From NCBI GenBank assembly GCA_040397255.1, contig JBBAWJ010000001.1, forward strand, positions 53,850 through 117,849: a stretch of 64,000 nucleotides of DNA, read 5' to 3'. The stretch is from Candidatus Limnocylindrus sp. (GTDB taxonomy: Bacteria > Chloroflexota > Limnocylindria > Limnocylindrales > Limnocylindraceae). Positions 8,721 to 18,986 of the stretch are shown piece by piece (position 1 is the stretch's first letter; each line of letters starts with the position of its first letter). The notes beneath the pieces are model-generated. The model was not told the DNA's origin. It did no database searches and saw nothing but the letters and a program-made list of their open reading frames with translations. The position numbers were made by a program, and so were the translations under genes.

Positions 8721-10894
8721 CCGTCGATCCGGGCGAACTCCCACTGAAAGGGCTCGCCCTCCCTGGTGGTTCGAGTCTTCTTCGAGGCCTAGCGAAACTT
8801 GGTGTCACCACCGTTGCCGACCTGCTGACCTACCTGCCACGCCGCTATGAAGATCGCCGCGAGATCACGCCGATCGCGGATCTTGCTGGAGGGAGTAGCG
8901 CCACGATCTCAGCGCGCGTGACCGACCTGCGAGTAGAGAAGACCTGGCGTCGTGGTGTGCAACGCACGATCGCGACGCTCGTCGACGACTCAGGGGCGGT
9001 CGATGCGATCTGGTACGGGCGGCGGTTCATTGAGCGACGACTGACGGTTGGGACGACGATTGTTGCCACCGGGCGCGTGAAGGCGATGGGGTGGACGAAG
9101 CAACTCGAAGCGCCAGAGTTCAGTCCGGTTGGCGGGGGAGACCAGGTCAGCGCCGGCCGCATCGTTCCTATCTATCGGCTGACCCGTGGCGTAACGGCGC
9201 TGAGCCTGCGTCGGGCGGTACGGGCACTCCTGGACCAGTTCGGCGCCGACCTTGTTGATCCGCTGCCAGAGGGGGTGCTGTCACGTAACGGGCTCCTGCC
9301 ACTCGCGCAGGCAATTGAGGCGCTGCACTGGCCAGAGGAGTTTGACCTTCGAGATACGGCACTACGCCGCCTCGCCTTTGATGAGCTACTCGCGGTGCAG
9401 ATCGCGCTCGTGCATCGCAGTCGGCGGCGCGCCGGTGGTGGTGCATTCAGCATTAAGCCAACCAAGACGGAACGGACCACGATCGAGTCCGCAATCTTGG
9501 GCGGCATCGGCGGAGCCACATTAAAAAGCAAGACACCGTGGACGGGTGATCAGCGGCGTGCGATTGACGAGATCCTTGCCGACCTTGCGACGGGGTCGCC
9601 GATGCTGCGCCTCCTGCAGGGTGATGTGGGCACCGGTAAGACTGCGGTCGCCTTCGTTGCCGCTGCCGCCACGGCGGCCGCTGGGCATCAGAGCGCCCTC
9701 CTGGCACCGACGGAACTGTTGGCCCGTCAGCACGCTGCGACGGCGAAGCGACTCCTCGCCCCACTCGGCATTGAGGTGGCGCTGGTGTTGGGCGGAGCGC
9801 CTGTCGCTGAACGCCGAGCGGTGCGCGCGGCGGCCGCGGATGGGCGTGCAGCACTGGTCATCGGCACGCACGCCCTCTTCGCCGAGGGGACGCAGTTCGC
9901 CTCACTCGGCCTCGTCGTCGTTGACGAGCAGCACCGCTTCGGTGTGGAGGAGCGGGCGAAGCTCCTCTCCAAGGCATCACGTGAGCCACACCTGCTCCTG
10001 ATGACCGCAACGCCAATCCCTCGCACCATCGCGCAGCTCCTCTATGCCGATGTTGCCTCTTCGGAGCTGCGAGAGCTCCCCGCGGGGCGCCAGCCGATCC
10101 GCACCGCGATTCGCACTAGCGCCGATCTGGAGCGCGTCTGGACCTTTGTGGATGAGGAGGCAGAGGCTGGCCGACAGACCTTTGTGGTCGTCCCACGCAT
10201 TGCCGATGCCGACTCAGGCGGCGAGCCGGAGCAGGGGACCACCTTTGATGACGATCTCGACGCCGGTAGCGCAACGGGAGTTGAGGCCCAGGCGGAACTG
10301 CTGCGTGAGCGCCTGCCACATCGCCGTATCGGCGTCGTTCACGGGCAACAGCGTGCAGCGGAGCGCACCGTCGCCATGCAGGCTTTTGTTGCTGGTGAAT
10401 CCGACGTGCTCGTCGGCACCACGGTGATTGAGGTGGGCGTTGATGTGCCAGCCGCCAGTGTCATGGTGATCCTCGAGGCGGAGCGTTTTGGCTTGGCCAC
10501 GCTGCATCAGCTGCGCGGTCGTGTCGGCCGCGGTGGTGATAAGGGGTGGTGCATTCTGGTGAGCGACAGTGATGACGAGGTAGCCGCTGCGCGGCTTCAG
10601 GCGATCGAGTCAACCCGTGACGGGTTCCTGCTCGCAGAGCAAGACATCGCGCTGCGCGGGGAGGGGAGTGTCCTCGGGACGTCGCAGAGTGGCCTCCCGC
10701 CGTTGCGCATCGCAACGCTGGCGCGTGCCGAGGATCGCGCCCTCGCCCTCGTTGCGCGAACGGAGGCTGAGCGACTGCTTGATCAGCACGGCGAGGCAGA
10801 GGGCGAGGCGGCGCTGCTCGTTCAGTCGTATGCACGCGGCTGGCCGATTGGGCGGGCGACGGGCGCGGCGCTTACCGAGAGCGCGCCGGTATGA
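8717..10894 (+). CDS. recG: ATP-dependent DNA helicase RecG
   Basis: Walker A LQGDVGTGKTAVA, DEQH box (VVVDEQHRFG), helicase C-terminal domain. 725 aa. Contains a small acidic insertion (DADSGGEPEQGTTFDDDLDAG). Confidence 0.9.
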   Translation: MTVDPGELPLKGLALPGGSSLLRGLAKLGVTTVADLLTYLPRRYEDRREITPIADLAGGSSATISARVTDLRVEKTWRRGVQRTIATLVDDSGAVDAIWYGRRFIERRLTVGTTIVATGRVKAMGWTKQLEAPEFSPVGGGDQVSAGRIVPIYRLTRGVTALSLRRAVRALLDQFGADLVDPLPEGVLSRNGLLPLAQAIEALHWPEEFDLRDTALRRLAFDELLAVQIALVHRSRRRAGGGAFSIKPTKTERTTIESAILGGIGGATLKSKTPWTGDQRRAIDEILADLATGSPMLRLLQGDVGTGKTAVAFVAAAATAAAGHQSALLAPTELLARQHAATAKRLLAPLGIEVALVLGGAPVAERRAVRAAAADGRAALVIGTHALFAEGTQFASLGLVVVDEQHRFGVEERAKLLSKASREPHLLLMTATPIPRTIAQLLYADVASSELRELPAGRQPIRTAIRTSADLERVWTFVDEEAEAGRQTFVVVPRIADADSGGEPEQGTTFDDDLDAGSATGVEAQAELLRERLPHRRIGVVHGQQRAAERTVAMQAFVAGESDVLVGTTVIEVGVDVPAASVMVILEAERFGLATLHQLRGRVGRGGDKGWCILVSDSDDEVAAARLQAIESTRDGFLLAEQDIALRGEGSVLGTSQSGLPPLRIATLARAEDRALALVARTEAERLLDQHGEAEGEAALLVQSYARGWPIGRATGAALTESAPV

Positions 10895-11493
10895 CCGCGC
10901 AGGGGGGAACCCTCCGAATCATTGCCGGCGACCATCGCGGTCGACGCATTGCCGTGCCGCCAGCCGATACCCGTCCGATGACCGATCGAGTGCGCGAGTC
11001 GCTCTTTGGGGTGCTTGAGCCACGAATCGTTGGGGCGAGATTCGCCGATCTCTGCGCGGGGAGTGGCGCGGTCGGCATTGAGGCGCTGAGCCGCGGCGCC
11101 GTTCACGCGCTCTTTGTTGAGCGCTCTCGCGATGCCGTGGCAATCATTCAAGCGAATCTGGCGAGGCTTAAGCTCACGGAGCGGGCAACACTCCAGGGCG
11201 CCGATGTGCTGCTGGCTCTCGATGCGCCAGGCGCCTCCTTCGATCTGATCGTTGCCGATCCCCCCTACGACGACGCCGCGCTGGCGGAGGGGATCCTGGC
11301 GCGCTGTGCAGCCCCTGGCGGCCCGCTCGCCGACGAGGGGCTCCTCGCGCTCACCGGGCGCACGCGATCGGGCAACCTTCCCCTAGCGCTCCCTGAAGGA
11401 CTACGATGTGTGCGGACGCTGATCTACGGCGACAGTTGCGTAGATCTGATGGAACGCACCGAGATAACGCGAGCGGAGGTTGGCAATGAGTGA
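10891..11493 (+). CDS. rsmD: 16S rRNA (guanine966-N2)-methyltransferase RsmD
   Basis: RIIAGDHRGRRIAVPP…DLCAGSGAVGIEALSRGA…ADPPY is the RsmD/N6-MTase signature. Confidence 0.85.
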   Translation: MTAQGGTLRIIAGDHRGRRIAVPPADTRPMTDRVRESLFGVLEPRIVGARFADLCAGSGAVGIEALSRGAVHALFVERSRDAVAIIQANLARLKLTERATLQGADVLLALDAPGASFDLIVADPPYDDAALAEGILARCAAPGGPLADEGLLALTGRTRSGNLPLALPEGLRCVRTLIYGDSCVDLMERTEITRAEVGNE

Positions 11494-12001
11494 ACGAGTG
11501 GCGCTCTATCCGGGCAGTTTCGATCCCGTGACGTTTGGCCATATCGACCTGATCCGTCGCAGCCTTGCGATCGCTGATCGCCTCGTCGTTGCAATCCTGC
11601 CGAACTCTGACAAAGAGGCACTCCTCACCCTTGATGAGCGCACGGCTCTCCTGCGAAGCGTGATTGACGCTGAGCTCGGCGCTGCGAGCGCACGAGTGCA
11701 GATCCTCTCCGCATCGAACCTTGCCGTCCGCGTCGCTGCTGACGCGGGGGCAACCCTCATTATTCGTGGTCTCCGCGCCGGCTCTGACTTTGAGGCCGAG
11801 CTGCGCATGGCGCACGCCAATCGCCTGCTCGCCCCAGAGATTGAGACCGCCTTCTTAATGACGGCGCCTGAACACGCCTCAACCTCAAGCCGGCTCGTTC
11901 GCGAGGTTGCGCGGTACGGCGGACCACTCGACCGACTCGTGCCAGCCGCCGTGGTCCCCGTCCTCACCGACGCCGCACGACGACGAGCGTCGAAGGCGTA
12001 A
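11480..12001 (+). CDS. coaD: phosphopantetheine adenylyltransferase
   Basis: VALYPGSFDPVTFGHIDLIRR is the PPAT nucleotidyltransferase motif. 14-nt overlap with rsmD (alternative ATG at 11486). Confidence 0.9.
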   Translation: MAMSERVALYPGSFDPVTFGHIDLIRRSLAIADRLVVAILPNSDKEALLTLDERTALLRSVIDAELGAASARVQILSASNLAVRVAADAGATLIIRGLRAGSDFEAELRMAHANRLLAPEIETAFLMTAPEHASTSSRLVREVARYGGPLDRLVPAAVVPVLTDAARRRASKA

Positions 12002-12004
12002 CTG

Positions 12005-12544
12005 GTGGAGAGCGAATCGGCGGCGTTGGCGCCGCCCCTCTATCCCGTTGATCTCTCACCGCTTCTCGCCGAGTCTGCGGGGGGCACCTTCACCCTGGAT
12101 CCATTTACGGCCGAGGACCGAGTCGGAGATGAGCACTTCAAGGCTGCGGTCCAGGTTCGGATCGACCGAACGAATCGCGGCGTGCGCATTGTTGGAACCG
12201 TGCGCGGCAGCCAGGAGGGAGCCTGTGGGCGCTGCCTCGCCCCCGCAGCAGCGCAGCTGAGCGCCCCAATCGACGAGGAGGCCCTTGAGTCCCGGCACGC
12301 GACGGAGGGGGCCCTCCTCATCGGCAAGGGGAACAGCGTCGACGTTGGTCGCCTCGCCATGGAGGCGCTCGATCTCACACGTCGCCTGGTGCTGCTCTGC
12401 ACGCCACCCTGCCCAGAGCGCTGCGGACTCTGCGGCGCGGAGCACCCCGCCAGCGCCTGTCCTGAGCGGGGGCTAGACCCTCGTTTGGCTGGCCTTGCGG
12501 CCCTCCTCCCCCCTGAAGGGGACGAAGGCGCGCCGATCGGGTAG
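12005..12544 (+). CDS. yceD: YceD/DUF177 family protein (large-subunit accumulation), Cys-cluster
   Basis: Position immediately upstream of rpmF-plsX. CGRC…CTPPCPERCGLC Cys motifs typical of DUF177. Confidence 0.7.
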   Translation: MESESAALAPPLYPVDLSPLLAESAGGTFTLDPFTAEDRVGDEHFKAAVQVRIDRTNRGVRIVGTVRGSQEGACGRCLAPAAAQLSAPIDEEALESRHATEGALLIGKGNSVDVGRLAMEALDLTRRLVLLCTPPCPERCGLCGAEHPASACPERGLDPRLAGLAALLPPEGDEGAPIG

Positions 12545-12547
12545 GAT
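12542..12547 (+). promoter_or_regulatory. -10-like TAGGAT upstream of rpmF
   Basis: gGGTAGGATTC, same motif family as at def, rpsP and rpsB. About 45-nt leader containing the hairpin ggcgc…gcgcc. Confidence 0.35.
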
Positions 12548-12597
12548 TCCCCTCCAAGGCGCGTCCAGTCGGGCGCCAACGAGCGAGGTCAAAAAAC

Positions 12598-12801
12598 ATG
12601 GGCGTACCTAAGCGGAAGAAGTCGCACGCACGTCAGGGTGACCGACGTTCGCACCATGCCTTGACGCTCCCAACCATGGATCGCTGCCCACAGTGCAACG
12701 CCGCCAAGCGTGCGCATCATGCCTGCCTAGAGTGCGGAACCTATCGCGGCCGCGAGGTCATCCGCCGACCTGCGCCGGACGCGGACGTCGCCGACGCCTA
12801 A
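12598..12801 (+). CDS. rpmF: 50S ribosomal protein L32 (zinc-ribbon form)
   Basis: MGVPKRKKSHARQGDRRSHHAL…CPQCNAAKRAHHACLECGTY matches bL32. Confidence 0.9.
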   Translation: MGVPKRKKSHARQGDRRSHHALTLPTMDRCPQCNAAKRAHHACLECGTYRGREVIRRPAPDADVADA

Positions 12802-12807
12802 TTCGCA

Positions 12808-13854
12808 ATGAGCGCGTCGGGCGGCACTGTCCGCCTCGCCCTCGATGCGATGGGTGGCGACCACGGTCCCACCGAAGTTGTCCCAGGTGGCCTGCGATGG
12901 GCCAAAGAGAGCCCCAACGACCACCTCACCCTTGTCGGTGACGAGCAGGTCATTCGCACCATAGCCGGTGGCGATCTCCCGTCGAATGTTTCCATTGTTC
13001 ACGGCCCAGGTGTGATCACTATGGAAGAGAACCCCGCGATCGCCGTGCGCGAACGCAAAGACGCATCGATGGTCGTTGCAGCAACACTTGTACGCGACAA
13101 GCTCGCCGATGCGGTCGTCACCGCTGGGCACACCGGCGCCGGGATGGCGGCAGGGGTCCTGATCATCGGCCGCATTAAGGGAGTGATTCGACCGGCCATT
13201 GCCGTGCAGTTCCTCTTGCGCGAGAAGCCGCTGCTGCTGCTTGATGTTGGAGCGAACCCAGATTCAACCCCAGAGAATCTGTATCAGTACGCGCATATGG
13301 GTCAGATCTTCTCGGAGCGCGTCCTTGGCGTTGCTAATCCACGCGTGGCACTCCTCTCTATCGGCGAGGAGAAGGGGAAGGGCGATGCGCGCATCCAACG
13401 CGCCACCGAGCTCCTCGATCAGTCGTCGCTGAACTTCACGGGGAATGTTGAGGGGCGCCACCTTGCCGCCGATGAGGCCGATGTGGTGGTCTGCGATGCG
13501 GTGCTCGGCAATGTTGCGATCAAACTTGTTGAAGGGGTAACGACCACCATCACCGACATGTTCCGTGCAGAGTTTCGTCGCTTCCCATTCGGCCCAATCG
13601 CCGCGCTGCTGATGCGCGGTTCAATCGCGCGAATTCGCACCCAGCTCGACTACGAGCGGATTGGCGCAGCAATTCTTTTGGGGGTGCAGGGAACCGTGGC
13701 AATCACACATGGCCGTGCCCGTTCGCGCATGGTCTACTTCGCCTGTGCGACGGCGGCGCGAGCGGTGCGCGAGCGAGTCACCGAGCAGATCGCCTCGTCG
13801 CTCGCTGAGAGCAACATCTCCGCCCCCGACGGTCTCCCCGTCGGGCCGGCGTAG
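12808..13854 (+). CDS. plsX: phosphate acyltransferase PlsX
   Basis: RLALDAMGGDHGP… is the PlsX signature. 348 aa. Confidence 0.9.
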   Translation: MSASGGTVRLALDAMGGDHGPTEVVPGGLRWAKESPNDHLTLVGDEQVIRTIAGGDLPSNVSIVHGPGVITMEENPAIAVRERKDASMVVAATLVRDKLADAVVTAGHTGAGMAAGVLIIGRIKGVIRPAIAVQFLLREKPLLLLDVGANPDSTPENLYQYAHMGQIFSERVLGVANPRVALLSIGEEKGKGDARIQRATELLDQSSLNFTGNVEGRHLAADEADVVVCDAVLGNVAIKLVEGVTTTITDMFRAEFRRFPFGPIAALLMRGSIARIRTQLDYERIGAAILLGVQGTVAITHGRARSRMVYFACATAARAVRERVTEQIASSLAESNISAPDGLPVGPA

Positions 13855-13855
13855 G

Positions 13856-14335
13856 GTGGCAACCCGGCGAGCCTCGGCTGCGCCGAAGGATGCGGCTGCG
13901 CGTGCCCATACGGCGGGTCGACGCGATGCACTCACCGCCCTCTATGAGTCGGACTTTGGGATGCGCACCGCGCTGGCGGTACTAGAGCGACGAATTGCCG
14001 CCGGGGAAGTCCCCGAGGAGACGCTCCTCTGGTCCCGGCCGCTTCTCGAGGTGGTGGAGGCAAACCGCCCGCAAATTGATGCCACAATTGAGCGCCTCGC
14101 CACCGCCTTCCCCCTTGCAACAATGGCCCGAATTGACCGTTCCCTCCTGCGGTGCGGCCTAGGGGAGGTGATACACTCCCGCACGGCGGCGCCGACCGAG
14201 GCGATCGCTGCGTGGACCTCGCTCGCTCGCACGTATAGCGGCGAACCGGCCCGCAAACTGGTCAACGGCGTACTCGGCACCGCGCTTCGCGAGGTTGCCG
14301 TCACGGCGGAGATAGACGGAGGGAGTAACTCATGA
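13856..14335 (+). CDS. nusB: transcription antitermination factor NusB (N-terminally extended)
   Basis: GTG 13856 lies 1 nt after the plsX stop. RRDALTALYESDF…ARIDRSLLRCGLGEVIH…ARKLVNGVLG matches NusB. 4-nt overlap with the acpP start. Confidence 0.75.
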   Translation: MATRRASAAPKDAAARAHTAGRRDALTALYESDFGMRTALAVLERRIAAGEVPEETLLWSRPLLEVVEANRPQIDATIERLATAFPLATMARIDRSLLRCGLGEVIHSRTAAPTEAIAAWTSLARTYSGEPARKLVNGVLGTALREVAVTAEIDGGSNS

Positions 14336-14577
14336 CCGACAAGGATCAGATCTTCCAAGAGCTCCAGGCTTATATCGTTGAGCAGCTCGGTGTTGAGAAG
14401 GAGAAGGTCAAGCCTGAGGCCGCCTTCATCGAAGACCTCAATGCAGACTCCCTCGACCTTGTTGAGTTTGCGATGGGCCTCGAGGAGAAGTTCGGCGTGA
14501 CCATTGCTGACGAAGAGCTTGGCAAGATCAAGACGGTCCAGGACGCCGTCAACGCCATCATCGAGAAGAAGGGCTGA
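14332..14577 (+). CDS. acpP: acyl carrier protein
   Basis: 81 aa. Phosphopantetheine attachment site LNADSLDLVEF. Confidence 0.95.
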   Translation: MTDKDQIFQELQAYIVEQLGVEKEKVKPEAAFIEDLNADSLDLVEFAMGLEEKFGVTIADEELGKIKTVQDAVNAIIEKKG

Positions 14578-14685
14578 GATGGGGCGGCCCCTTGGCCGCC
14601 GGCGTGAGGCGCGAGCCTCGCGCGGCGCAGCCAGTGGGGCGTGCCACCACTCCCCCCAATGACGCTCGTAGTGGCGCCACTTTCG

Positions 14686-15378
14686 ATGACCCCAGCGCAG
14701 CGTGAACGTCTCGGCATCCCAGCAGGGGGTGAGGCGCTCGTAGAGTTGGCCCTCACACACCCTTCGCGTCGCCACCAAGCTGGGGCCGGCGCCGACAATG
14801 AGCGCCTTGAGTTTCTCGGCGATGCCATCCTCGGCGCCGTCGTTGCCGCCCGACTCTATGCCGACGACGCCGCAGCCGAGGAGGGGGACCTCTCTGAGCG
14901 TCGCGCCGCTGTTGTCTCACGCGCCGCACTTGCCGAGGTTGCGCTGCGCATCGGCATCGACGAGGTGCTGATGCTCGGCGAGGGCGAGGCGTCTCGCGGT
15001 GGCGCACGTCGTCCAGCGGCACTCGCCGCGGCGTTCGAAGCGCTCATCGGCGCGATCTACCTGAGCCATGGCTTCGCCGCCGCCATCACATTCATTGAAG
15101 GGCACATGGGCGCCGAGCTCGCCGCACCTCGCGCCGCACTCGGCAAGGGGATCAAGACCCTGCTGCAGGAGTGGACACAGGCGCGCAACGGCTCCCTGCC
15201 GCGATACGACGTTGTCGCGACCACCGGTCCCGAGCACGACCGCACGTATGAGTGTGTCGTGCGCGTCGACGGCAGTGAAGTAGCGCGCGGATCAGGGCCC
15301 AGTCGCCGTGCCGCTGAAGCCGCCGCCGCTGAGGCCGCCATCGACCTGCTCGGCATCACCGCCGGAGGTGAAAAGTGA
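14686..15378 (+). CDS. rnc: ribonuclease III
   Basis: RNase III signature ERLEFLGDAILG and C-terminal dsRBD (GSGPSRRAAEAAAAEAA). The start was chosen at ATG 14686 (MTPAQRERLG…LALTHPS) by N-terminal spacing. The ORF track begins at 14641. Confidence 0.85.
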   Translation: MTPAQRERLGIPAGGEALVELALTHPSRRHQAGAGADNERLEFLGDAILGAVVAARLYADDAAAEEGDLSERRAAVVSRAALAEVALRIGIDEVLMLGEGEASRGGARRPAALAAAFEALIGAIYLSHGFAAAITFIEGHMGAELAAPRAALGKGIKTLLQEWTQARNGSLPRYDVVATTGPEHDRTYECVVRVDGSEVARGSGPSRRAAEAAAAEAAIDLLGITAGGEK

Positions 15379-18300
15379 GCCGCCTGCGACTGCGCGAGGT
15401 GCGACTGAGCGGCTTTAAGACCTTCGCCGACAAGACGACCATCGCCTTCACCCCAGGGATCACCGCGATCGTTGGACCAAACGGAAGCGGCAAGTCGAAC
15501 GTGGTGGATGCCCTGCGCTGGGCGCTCGGCGAGGCTGGTCGCGGCATTCGCTCGAAGCGTGTGGAAGAGGTCATCTTCGCGGGATCAGAGAGGCGCCGCC
15601 CTCTGGGCCTCGCCGAGGTATCGCTCTCCATCGCCAATGAGGATGGTCTCTTCGATCTGCCATTCACCGAGATTGAGATCGCCCGTCGTGCCGATCGCGG
15701 CGGCGGCCAGGAGTACCTGCTCAATCGCGAGAAGATCCGCCTCCGCGATCTCAACGAGCTGCTCGATGGTGCGGGCCTCGCCGAGAACGGCCTCCTCTTC
15801 ATCGGTCAAGGTGCTGTTGACCAGGCGCTGAGCCTCAAGGCTGAAGAGCGCCGCGCGCTCGTCGAAGAGTTCGCCGGCACCGCGCGCCACGAGCGACGCC
15901 GTGCACGAGCTGAAACCGAAATGAAGGAGGCGATCGATAATCGCGCCCGCGTCGAAGAGATCCTCGGCACGCTCCGACCACAAGAGCGTCGCCTCGCCAC
16001 CCTTGCCAAGCAGGAGGCCGGTCGCGAAGAGCTGCTGACCGAAGCGGTTGAGCGCATCGCTGCGCTTGGAGCGGCACGAGGCGCCTGGATCGCTTCGCGA
16101 CGAGTGCGCATCGGCGGCCAGCTCTCAACGGTGACCAGCGAGCTGCAGTCCATTCGCGAACAGCTCCGTAACGCCGACGAAGAGGCCCATCGCCGCCGCG
16201 AGCGCCTTGGACTTGCCCGCACCGATCTCGACGTTGCTCGACGCGCCCTTGAGGCGGCGCGCGAGGCCCGTGAATCTGCTGAGCGGGCACACGCCCGCGT
16301 TGACGCTGAATCCTCCGCCTTGTCGCGCGATGTGGAGCGCATTGCGACGGAGGTTGCCGTCGCTGAGTCAGAGATCGCATCGGTTGAGGCACTGCGCGCC
16401 GCTGCGGCGCCTGCCGTCGACGCAGAGGCCGTTGCCGCACTTGAGATCCTTGATGCCGACCTCTCTGCCGCGCGCCGCGAGCTTCAAGCGCTAACCGAGG
16501 GCACTGGAGAGGGGAGCAGTGACTCTGCCGCGCGCGCCCAGCGCTCACGCGAAGTGGAGCGCGCAGATCTCACCGCCCGTCTTGAGCGACTCCAGGCGGA
16601 GCGCACCGCCGTTACTGCAGATGGCGCCAGCGAAGATCCCGCCGCGGCTGAGAGCGTCCTCATTCTCGCTGCAACCGCCGCGAGCGATGCCGCGGCCCGT
16701 CTCGCCGCCGCGTCACGGGAACTCGCCGAAGCGGAGTCAGGCGCCGCCGCCGCCCGAGCAGCAGTTGGCGAGAGTGAACGTGCCGCTCGCGCCGCAGAGG
16801 CCGAGGCGGCGTCGCTCTCTGGCCGGCTCACTGCGCTTGAAACGCGTCGAGCAGCCCTGCAGGAGCGCGCACTATCAAAGGCGGCGCATGCGATCGGTGG
16901 GCGAAGCCTGCTGGCGGGCGTTGAACTTCGTGAAGAGGGTCGCACCGCGGTCCTCGCCGCCCTTGGTGCGTTGGCACGAGGCTTCGTTGTTGATCAGCGC
17001 GGTGCGGGCCTGCTTGATGACGAGCAGGGGGCACTCCTTATTGATGGCGCTGACGCGATCGGTGCAACGACACATCCGACCCTCCCATCCCTTAGTAGCG
17101 AGATCATTAGCGATCCCGATGGACTGCTCGGACGCCTCCTCGCCAGCGTCTTCGTTGCGCCAAGCGTTGCGGCCGCGCTGAGCGCCCTCGCTGACCTTCC
17201 GCTCGGTGGCACGATCGTGACGCGCGCCGGCGCCGTTGTGCGCCACGGTGGCGTCGTCATTCGTGAGACGGAGCCAGAGGATGCTCTTGTTGACTCAGAG
17301 ATCAGTCGTGCCGCCGCAGCAACGGAGCGGCTGCGTGCCACAGCGGCGGCCCTGCGCAGCAATGCCACCGTAGGGGCGGGCGCCCTCACGTCAGCAGAGA
17401 CACGACTCACGCAGGGGCGTGACGCCGAGGTGAGCACACGGGCAGCGCTCCGGGCGGCTGAATCGGCACGCGCCGAGGCCGAGCGCCGACGTGACGCGGT
17501 CCGTCGAAGCACATCTGAGCGCGCGGAGCGCATCGGTAGGCTCGACGCCGCCGTCACCGCCGCCCAGGTGCGACTGAACGAGATTGCCCTCACCCCTGAA
17601 CAGGCGATTGCCACCGACGCTACGACGCAGTGGCGAGCCCGCGTTGGAGAGCTAACCGCCCGCCGTGCCGATCTCGCCACCGCTGTTGAGACAGATCGAG
17701 CCGCTCTGCGCACCTGGGAGCTGGCGCGCGCACGTGGCGATGCCACCGTTGCCGGCGCATCCGCTCGGATCACTCGAGCAGCAGAGGAGCGCGGCGCACT
17801 TGAGACGCGCGTCGCGAATCTTCGCGCCCAGCTCGCCGAACAGTCTGGTCTCGCCACAGCAGCCCGAGCCGCCGCAACGCAGCGTGAAGAGAGCGTGCAG
17901 GCAAAGGCGGCCCTACAGGTTGAGATTGAGAGCGAGATCGCCACAGATGAAGAGGCGAAGCGCGGCCTCCGCACCCGTGAGCAGCATCTCGATGAGGCGC
18001 TGCGTCCGCTCGAACGCGATGCACAGGCGGTTGAGTTTGAGCGCGAGCGGTTCATTGAAGAGTTGAGTGGAGACCTTGCCGCCTTCGGCCGCCGCCTCTC
18101 TGAAGACGCTCGCTTGGCCGCCGGAATCCCGGTTGCACTGCGCACCGTCGCTTCCACCGATGACGCCGAGGTTCTCGCCGAAGGGGACACCGCTGCACGT
18201 GAGTCGCTCGCGCGCCAGCAGGCGGCAGCCCTTGCCCTCTACTGGGAGGGTCGGCACTCTTCGGCAACGGCCACAGCGCTCGTTGCGCCTGACCCTGAGG

Positions 18301-18986
18301 AGTTGCGCGCGCTGGAGCGCCTGCGACGCAAGATCGGCCCGCTCGAGGCTGGTGGCGCCAGCATTGTGATGGAGCACCAAGAGCTTCGCTCTCGACTCGA
18401 GTCACTCGAGGTGCAGACGCGCGATCTTGACGGTGCGATCGAGAAGGCGGCAACGCTGATGCGGGAGCTTGATCTCCTAGTTGAGTCAACCTTTGCGGAG
18501 CAGTTCTCTGCACTGCAGACCACGTTTGCATCGAACTTCCAGCTCCTCTTCGGCGGCGGAGATGCGCAGTTGCGCCTCGCTGATGACGGCGAGTCGCGCC
18601 GACCCGGAGTTGAGATTGATGCACGCCCACCACTGAAGCGTCGACAGCAGCTCTCACTCCTATCAGGCGGAGAGCGCGCACTCACCGGCGTTGCCCTTCT
18701 GCTGGGCATGTTGGCGGTGCGACCACTCCCATTCGTGGTCCTCGACGAGGTTGATGCCGCGCTCGACGAGGCGAATGTGACGCGCTTCGGTGACGCGATT
18801 CGCGAGCTGAGTGAGCGCACCCAGGTCGTGGTGATTACACATAACCGGGGCACGGTCGAAGTGGCCGATAGCCTCTGGGGCGTGACGGTCGGTGAAGATG
18901 CCGCAAGTCGTGTCTTCGGGTTGCGCCTGGATGAGGCGAAGCGCATCGCCGATCAGGCGCGCGCTGAGCGTGAGGCGGCGCGTTGA
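15375..18986 (+). CDS. smc: chromosome segregation protein SMC
   Basis: N-terminal Walker A GPNGSGKSN, long coiled-coil A/E/R-rich arms, C-terminal LSGGERALT signature and Walker B VVLDEVDAALD. 1203 aa. GTGA overlap with rnc. Confidence 0.95.
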   Translation: MSRLRLREVRLSGFKTFADKTTIAFTPGITAIVGPNGSGKSNVVDALRWALGEAGRGIRSKRVEEVIFAGSERRRPLGLAEVSLSIANEDGLFDLPFTEIEIARRADRGGGQEYLLNREKIRLRDLNELLDGAGLAENGLLFIGQGAVDQALSLKAEERRALVEEFAGTARHERRRARAETEMKEAIDNRARVEEILGTLRPQERRLATLAKQEAGREELLTEAVERIAALGAARGAWIASRRVRIGGQLSTVTSELQSIREQLRNADEEAHRRRERLGLARTDLDVARRALEAAREARESAERAHARVDAESSALSRDVERIATEVAVAESEIASVEALRAAAAPAVDAEAVAALEILDADLSAARRELQALTEGTGEGSSDSAARAQRSREVERADLTARLERLQAERTAVTADGASEDPAAAESVLILAATAASDAAARLAAASRELAEAESGAAAARAAVGESERAARAAEAEAASLSGRLTALETRRAALQERALSKAAHAIGGRSLLAGVELREEGRTAVLAALGALARGFVVDQRGAGLLDDEQGALLIDGADAIGATTHPTLPSLSSEIISDPDGLLGRLLASVFVAPSVAAALSALADLPLGGTIVTRAGAVVRHGGVVIRETEPEDALVDSEISRAAAATERLRATAAALRSNATVGAGALTSAETRLTQGRDAEVSTRAALRAAESARAEAERRRDAVRRSTSERAERIGRLDAAVTAAQVRLNEIALTPEQAIATDATTQWRARVGELTARRADLATAVETDRAALRTWELARARGDATVAGASARITRAAEERGALETRVANLRAQLAEQSGLATAARAAATQREESVQAKAALQVEIESEIATDEEAKRGLRTREQHLDEALRPLERDAQAVEFERERFIEELSGDLAAFGRRLSEDARLAAGIPVALRTVASTDDAEVLAEGDTAARESLARQQAAALALYWEGRHSSATATALVAPDPEELRALERLRRKIGPLEAGGASIVMEHQELRSRLESLEVQTRDLDGAIEKAATLMRELDLLVESTFAEQFSALQTTFASNFQLLFGGGDAQLRLADDGESRRPGVEIDARPPLKRRQQLSLLSGGERALTGVALLLGMLAVRPLPFVVLDEVDAALDEANVTRFGDAIRELSERTQVVVITHNRGTVEVADSLWGVTVGEDAASRVFGLRLDEAKRIADQARAEREAAR

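Noticed and set aside
12005-12544. yceD Cys-cluster protein, considered as a possible ferredoxin/zinc-finger regulator.
   Set aside because: Its position immediately upstream of rpmF-plsX and its CxxC…CxxC spacing are standard for DUF177/YceD. Nothing unusual beyond that.
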